Below are positions 60,209 to 64,000 of a stretch of DNA of 64,000 bases, piece after piece. Made by a program: the position numbers and the translations under genes. The notes below the pieces were generated by a model. That model worked only from the letters and a program-made list of their open reading frames with translations. It ran no database searches and had not been told where the DNA came from. Source of the stretch: Candidatus Gastranaerophilales bacterium (GTDB lineage: Bacteria > Cyanobacteriota > Vampirovibrionia > Gastranaerophilales > UBA9579); contig JAQVCB010000003.1 in assembly GCA_028689995.1 (NCBI GenBank), forward strand, positions 1,291 to 65,290, written 5' to 3'. Each line of letters opens with the position of its first letter. Position 1 is the stretch's first letter.

Positions 60209-60502
60209 ATGAAGCGAGTTGTTTTATTGAGTATTTTGCTATTACTAAATATAAATACTTGCCAAGCACAAGTTGTCTATCAGGGATCTAATGGATATTA
60301 CATATTAGTATGTGATTCTTTAAATCAACATTGTATTCAAAAGCCAGTAAGTTATGCTGATCCTAAGGTAACAGGAGCTAGCACATCTTATGCACAAACA
60401 ACTAATAATATAAGAAATACATTAAATAATGTCCAAAGTGCAGAGTACACAGCACAACAAGCAATATTTACAGCAAAAAACGTGTTTACTAAAAAATATT
60501 AG
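60209..60502 (+). CDS. Small secreted protein of unknown function
   Basis: 97 aa. AAGGAG RBS and signal peptide MKRVVLLSILLLLNINTCQA. The mature part is Q/T/N-rich. Confidence 0.55.
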   Translation: MKRVVLLSILLLLNINTCQAQVVYQGSNGYYILVCDSLNQHCIQKPVSYADPKVTGASTSYAQTTNNIRNTLNNVQSAEYTAQQAIFTAKNVFTKKY

Positions 60503-60517
60503 AAGGAGAAAATTATT

Positions 60518-60685
60518 ATGGCAGAACAAAAATTTTGAGCGAAAATCTATATCAAAACAGTCGCAAATCCTATAACAGTTGAAGTATTTGCGGAAAACTC
60601 TAGCATCGCTCAGCAAATTATTGAGGCAAGACCCGACTTTAAGTCCTTTTACATACGTCCGCAAGTACGAGATTTCTTTTCATAA
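60518..60685 (+). pseudogene. 56-codon frame with good RBS-ATG and an in-frame TGA at codon 7
   Basis: AAGGAGAAAATTATT precedes the ATG at 60518. The frame reads MAEQKF-TGA(60536-60538)-AKIYIKTVANPITVEVFAENSSIAQQIIEARPDFKSFYIRPQVRDFFS-TAA. Confidence 0.4.
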
Positions 60686-60727
60686 TAAATTGTAGAACCT
60701 TATTATAATAAGGTAGAAGGAACATAT

Positions 60728-61921
60728 ATGCTTATAAAAGAACAACAACATCAGCTGGAACAACTTATGCTGTCAGAAGATTTGGAAGAATTGAACGGAT
60801 TAACCGGAGATTTCAACATATTTAATGCATTAAATATGCAAAACAATGAAATCAGGCACTCTAATTTTTTGGGCTGGTTACTTAAACCATATGAGAGTCA
60901 TAACTTAGGTGATTATTTTCTTAAAGAAATACTGAAAATATCCCTAAGACATCATTCAAGAAATGAATCTATCAAAACTAGGCTTGAAGATATCATTTTT
61001 AATAGCTTTGAGGATTCTGAAATAGTATTGGAAAAGTTAACAGATAAAAATCGCAGAATAGATATTTTTATTGATAGTCCAGAAAATCAATTTATATGTT
61101 TAATTGAAAACAAGATATGGTCTGGGGAAGGTATTGACCAACTGAAAGATTACAAAACATACATAGAAAATCATGAAAAATATAAAAATTATAAGCATAA
61201 GGTTTTTATATTTTTAACTCCAAATACTGATTATAACAAAGAAGCCCTGTATAAAAATTATATCAGAATTGACTATAGTCAAATATGTGAAGTTATAAAT
61301 AAAATGCTTAAATTTAAAGAAAAATCAATGTCTGAAGAGGTAAGATTTTTTATTGAACATTATAAAAAAATGGTGGAAAGGAATATTATGGGAAATACTG
61401 ATGAAGAAATAGTAACACTGTGCAAAAAAATTTATAGAGAACACAAAGAAGCAATTGATTTGATTATTGAAAATACAGATATAAACACAGAGTTAATGGA
61501 TCTTTTAATAAAAATCGTCACAGAAAAAAGTGAAATTGTAAATCCGCATAGTTCCTCTATTCATTCTTTACCAAAAGGGATTAAAGATTTAGAAAAATTA
61601 AAATATGGGGAAATGGAAAACTGGCTTCAAGGTAGTATTATTGGGCTATATTTGGCAAAAGGGAAAATGAATGTTGATTTTGGCATAAGTATACAAAAAA
61701 CAGATACAAAATTGGAGGACCGAAGAAATTTGGTATCTATTCTCGAAAAAGAATATGGCAATTTTAGAAATAGAAATGATTCTTGGCGTTGGTTCTCATT
61801 AGAAACTATTAGCCAAGATGAATTTTGCGAAATCGAGGATATTAATGAATTTAAAGTTAAGATTGAACAAAAATTTGCTAGTCATATAAATAAATTTTGC
61901 AATATATTAAATAATATCTAA
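60728..61921 (+). CDS. PD-(D/E)XK nuclease-superfamily protein with a helical C-terminal domain
   Basis: 397 aa. The N-terminal core has NEIRHSNFLGWLL and RRIDIFIDSPENQFICLIENKIW (D...E-x-K). The C-terminal ~220 aa are unassigned. Confidence 0.7.
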   Translation: MLIKEQQHQLEQLMLSEDLEELNGLTGDFNIFNALNMQNNEIRHSNFLGWLLKPYESHNLGDYFLKEILKISLRHHSRNESIKTRLEDIIFNSFEDSEIVLEKLTDKNRRIDIFIDSPENQFICLIENKIWSGEGIDQLKDYKTYIENHEKYKNYKHKVFIFLTPNTDYNKEALYKNYIRIDYSQICEVINKMLKFKEKSMSEEVRFFIEHYKKMVERNIMGNTDEEIVTLCKKIYREHKEAIDLIIENTDINTELMDLLIKIVTEKSEIVNPHSSSIHSLPKGIKDLEKLKYGEMENWLQGSIIGLYLAKGKMNVDFGISIQKTDTKLEDRRNLVSILEKEYGNFRNRNDSWRWFSLETISQDEFCEIEDINEFKVKIEQKFASHINKFCNILNNI

Positions 61922-61983
61922 TTTTTATATGAATTGTATAAATTAGTATAACTTAATGATTATAAGAGATGAATAATTTAATT

Positions 61984-62010
61984 AACTACGTCATAAATTG
62001 ACGTAGTTTT
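61984..62010. promoter_or_regulatory. Perfect 10-bp-arm palindrome (aactacgtca-taaat-tgacgtagtt) plus a T-run. It could be the terminator of the nuclease gene, an operator 40 bp upstream of the WYL gene, or both
   Basis: Read directly from the sequence. The inner half-sites ACGTCA-N5-TGACGT match the 60122-60138 site. Confidence 0.5.
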
Positions 62011-62049
62011 AATATATAATAAAATAGTAAATCAACTTTTGAGGTAAAA

Positions 62050-63021
62050 ATGTCACGATTAACAAAAGCAGAAGAAATAATTCAACTAGCAATGCTTTTT
62101 CAAAATAGTTATTCTGGACTATGTATTGATGATATAAAAGATCATTTTGAATGTTCTCGCCGTAGTGCAGAACGGATGAAAGCCCTGCTTTTTGATATGT
62201 TTCCTGAAAAGATTGAAGAAGTTCAAACAAATGATAAGAAAAAACGCTGGCGATTTGTTAAAGGAACAATGAATGCTTTAATTTCATTTACAGCAGATGA
62301 TTTTGCTAATCTTGAATATCTAAAAGGCTTATCCAATGACAAAAACCGCAGTAAGGATTTGGATGAACTAATTGCAAAAATCAAGGCATTAACTCCACAA
62401 AAAAACTTAAGATCTTTAGATACAGATATTTCAGCAATACTTGAATCCGAAGGTTTTGCAGTACGGCAATATTCAAGGATTAAGGCGGATGCTGAATCTT
62501 TGGGGAAATTGCGTGAAGCATTATTGGCATTTAAAAAGATTCAATTCAAATATTTCATAGATACTAAAGAAAAAACAATCACTCTAAGCCCTTATGGCAT
62601 AATCATTTCTGATAAGTATTATCTTGTCGGGTTTAATGAATATGTAAATGACTTGAGGCTTTATTTAGTTGATAAAATAAAGGATTTGGTAATTCTTGAT
62701 GAATATTTTGAGCGTGATGAAAGCTTTTCCTTGAATAAATATTGCAACAATTCTTTTGGAATTTATCAGGAAAAGCCTTTGGATATCACATTGGAGTTTA
62801 ATAAATACGTTGCAGAAGATGTATTAAATTATCATTTTCACCCGAGTCAAAAAATTAATGAGCAAGATAATGGCAATATCCAAGTAAAATTTACTTCAGG
62901 CGGAACTTACGCTATCTATCAAGAACTCTTTAAGTGGGGGTGTGATGTCAAAATCGTTAAACCGACAAAATTAAAAGAAAATTACAAAAAATATTTGCAA
63001 GATGTATTAGATAATTTCTAA
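62050..63021 (+). CDS. WYL-domain transcriptional regulator (HTH-WYL-WCX architecture, BrxR/CapW-like)
   Basis: 323 aa. The N-terminal wHTH has CIDDIKDHFECSRRSAERM. The WYL core is KIQFKYF...TLSPYGIIISDKYYLVGFNE. The C-terminal domain ends in VKIVKPTKLKENYKKYL. Confidence 0.85.
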   Translation: MSRLTKAEEIIQLAMLFQNSYSGLCIDDIKDHFECSRRSAERMKALLFDMFPEKIEEVQTNDKKKRWRFVKGTMNALISFTADDFANLEYLKGLSNDKNRSKDLDELIAKIKALTPQKNLRSLDTDISAILESEGFAVRQYSRIKADAESLGKLREALLAFKKIQFKYFIDTKEKTITLSPYGIIISDKYYLVGFNEYVNDLRLYLVDKIKDLVILDEYFERDESFSLNKYCNNSFGIYQEKPLDITLEFNKYVAEDVLNYHFHPSQKINEQDNGNIQVKFTSGGTYAIYQELFKWGCDVKIVKPTKLKENYKKYLQDVLDNF

Positions 63022-63237
63022 GTTATATATTGTGTTAAAGACTTGATTTATTACCAGAAATGAGTGATGTATTGTGCTGCGGATAGACTTAAGGCATTAT
63101 TTGTAGATATTGGAGAGCAAAGAAAAAAATGATAATAGAATCAATAGAAAAAAGAAAAGATAAAATAATTGCATTTGCTCTTGATTACTGAAACCAAAAC
63201 GAGTTGTTTTTGGCAAAATGAAAAGGAGAAACTTACT

Positions 63238-63957
63238 ATGAATTCTTACTCAAATTATACATTTGAAAACTTTATAAAAGGTGAAAATAATGAATTTGGT
63301 TACTCAATGGCACTAGAAGTGGCTAAAAATCCAGGAAAGAAAAATAATCCATTGTTTATATATGGAGATGTAAGCACTGGAAAAACTCACTTATTAAAAG
63401 CAATAGAGCATTATGTTTTAGCGAATTGTCCTGATTTAAAGATAAAATATATAAACATGGAAATGTTTACGAATGACCTGGTTAACTCTATTAGAAATGA
63501 CAAAATGAACGCTTTTAGAGTGCAACATCGTCAGGTGGACGTTTTTTTGCTTGATGACATTCAGTTTATCGAGGGAAAAGAAATTACTCAAGAAGAATTG
63601 TTTCATACCTTTAATACCCTTTATGAATCAGGAAAACAGATTATTTTAACAAGTAATAAATCTCTAAACAATATTTCTACTCTTACTAAACGACTTCTAA
63701 GCCGACTTGAAAGCGGTATAATTTGTGAAATCAAGCCTATTAATAGCAAAATATTTATTCAAAATTTTATTGAAGATCAGATAATAACTTTAACTGAGGA
63801 TATAACAGCTTTAAATTCATTAAAAGAAAATGTTGATCTATTTTATGAGCTTGAAAATGCTGATATTAGAAAATTAAAAGCTATATTAAACACAGTTATC
63901 CAATATTCTAAAATTTCGAAAAAGCCACTAACCGAAATAATTAAAACATTAATTTAA
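63238..63957 (+). CDS. DnaA-like AAA+ ATPase consisting only of DnaA domain III (no domain I/II, no DNA-binding domain IV)
   Basis: The ATG lies 8 nt after AAGGAG. Has YTFENFIKGENNEFG, Walker A GDVSTGKTHLL, Walker B VDVFLLDDIQF and box VII-like ILTSNKS...RLLSRLESG. The sensor II region reads DIRKLKAILN. The protein ends about 20 aa later. Confidence 0.8.
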   Translation: MNSYSNYTFENFIKGENNEFGYSMALEVAKNPGKKNNPLFIYGDVSTGKTHLLKAIEHYVLANCPDLKIKYINMEMFTNDLVNSIRNDKMNAFRVQHRQVDVFLLDDIQFIEGKEITQEELFHTFNTLYESGKQIILTSNKSLNNISTLTKRLLSRLESGIICEIKPINSKIFIQNFIEDQIITLTEDITALNSLKENVDLFYELENADIRKLKAILNTVIQYSKISKKPLTEIIKTLI

Positions 63958-64000
63958 AAAATTCATAAATATCAAGAAAGAAAATAAAATGGTTAATTCG

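Larger units (their letters stand above)
53337..64000. mobile_element. Integrated mobile element (cryptic prophage or phage-satellite-like island). The left end abuts tRNA-Ala and the right end lies beyond the window
   Basis: Gene content switches abruptly from housekeeping to a serine recombinase, DUF2924, a ParB-methylase, terminase subunits, XRE, a nuclease, a WYL regulator and a DnaA-like ATPase. Exact att sites were not identified. Confidence 0.65.

Noticed and set aside
63128-63190. 20-codon ORF MIIESIEKRKDKIIAFALDY ending in TGA as a third recoding example
   Set aside because: Reading through gives several more TGAs and overlaps the DnaA-like gene out of frame, so it does not behave like the other two cases.
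63169-63237. TTG-initiated extension of the DnaA-like ORF
   Set aside because: The ATG at 63238 has AAGGAG at ideal spacing, and the DnaA domain III homology starts a few residues after it.

Overview
AT-rich bacterial chromosomal segment that uses the standard genetic code (TGA is a stop in ATGA gene overlaps) and has strong AAGGAG-type ribosome-binding sites. Gene content looks diderm: Skp/OmpH, a Spy/CpxP-like protein, an MsbA-like exporter and O-antigen-type sugar genes. There are three parts. (1) 1-19.3 kb is a surface-glycan locus with three nucleotide-deoxysugar routes: CDP-3,6-dideoxyhexose (rfbF, E1/rfbH, plus a split transketolase), dTDP-L-rhamnose (rfbCBDA), and GDP-fucose/colitose (gmd, fcl/colC, colD-like, a GT11 transferase). 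It also holds several GT2/GT4 transferases and an ABC exporter. (2) 19.3-53.1 kb carries housekeeping and signalling genes: rsmI, hom-thrC-asnS, queE, thiS, hutH, tcdA, pfp, skp, LOG, punA, mglA plus a histidine kinase, and an HD-GYP response regulator. This part is punctuated by structured intergenic repeat families. The most striking case is a radical-SAM gene bracketed by ~350-bp inverted repeats. There is also a 204-bp MITE-like element present as an inverted pair 10.6 kb apart. (3) From 53.3 kb to the window end, directly after a stand-alone tRNA-Ile(GAU)/tRNA-Ala(UGC) pair, lies a mobile element. It carries a large serine recombinase plus DUF2924, a ParB-methyltransferase, terminase small-like and large subunits with no structural genes following, an XRE regulator, a PD-(D/E)XK nuclease, a WYL regulator and a DnaA-domain-III-only ATPase. 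Two of its small genes have in-frame TGA codons a few codons after good RBS-ATG starts. No rRNA gene or CRISPR array was seen. All functional calls rest on motif recognition in the supplied or hand-made translations. No database search or folding program was available.
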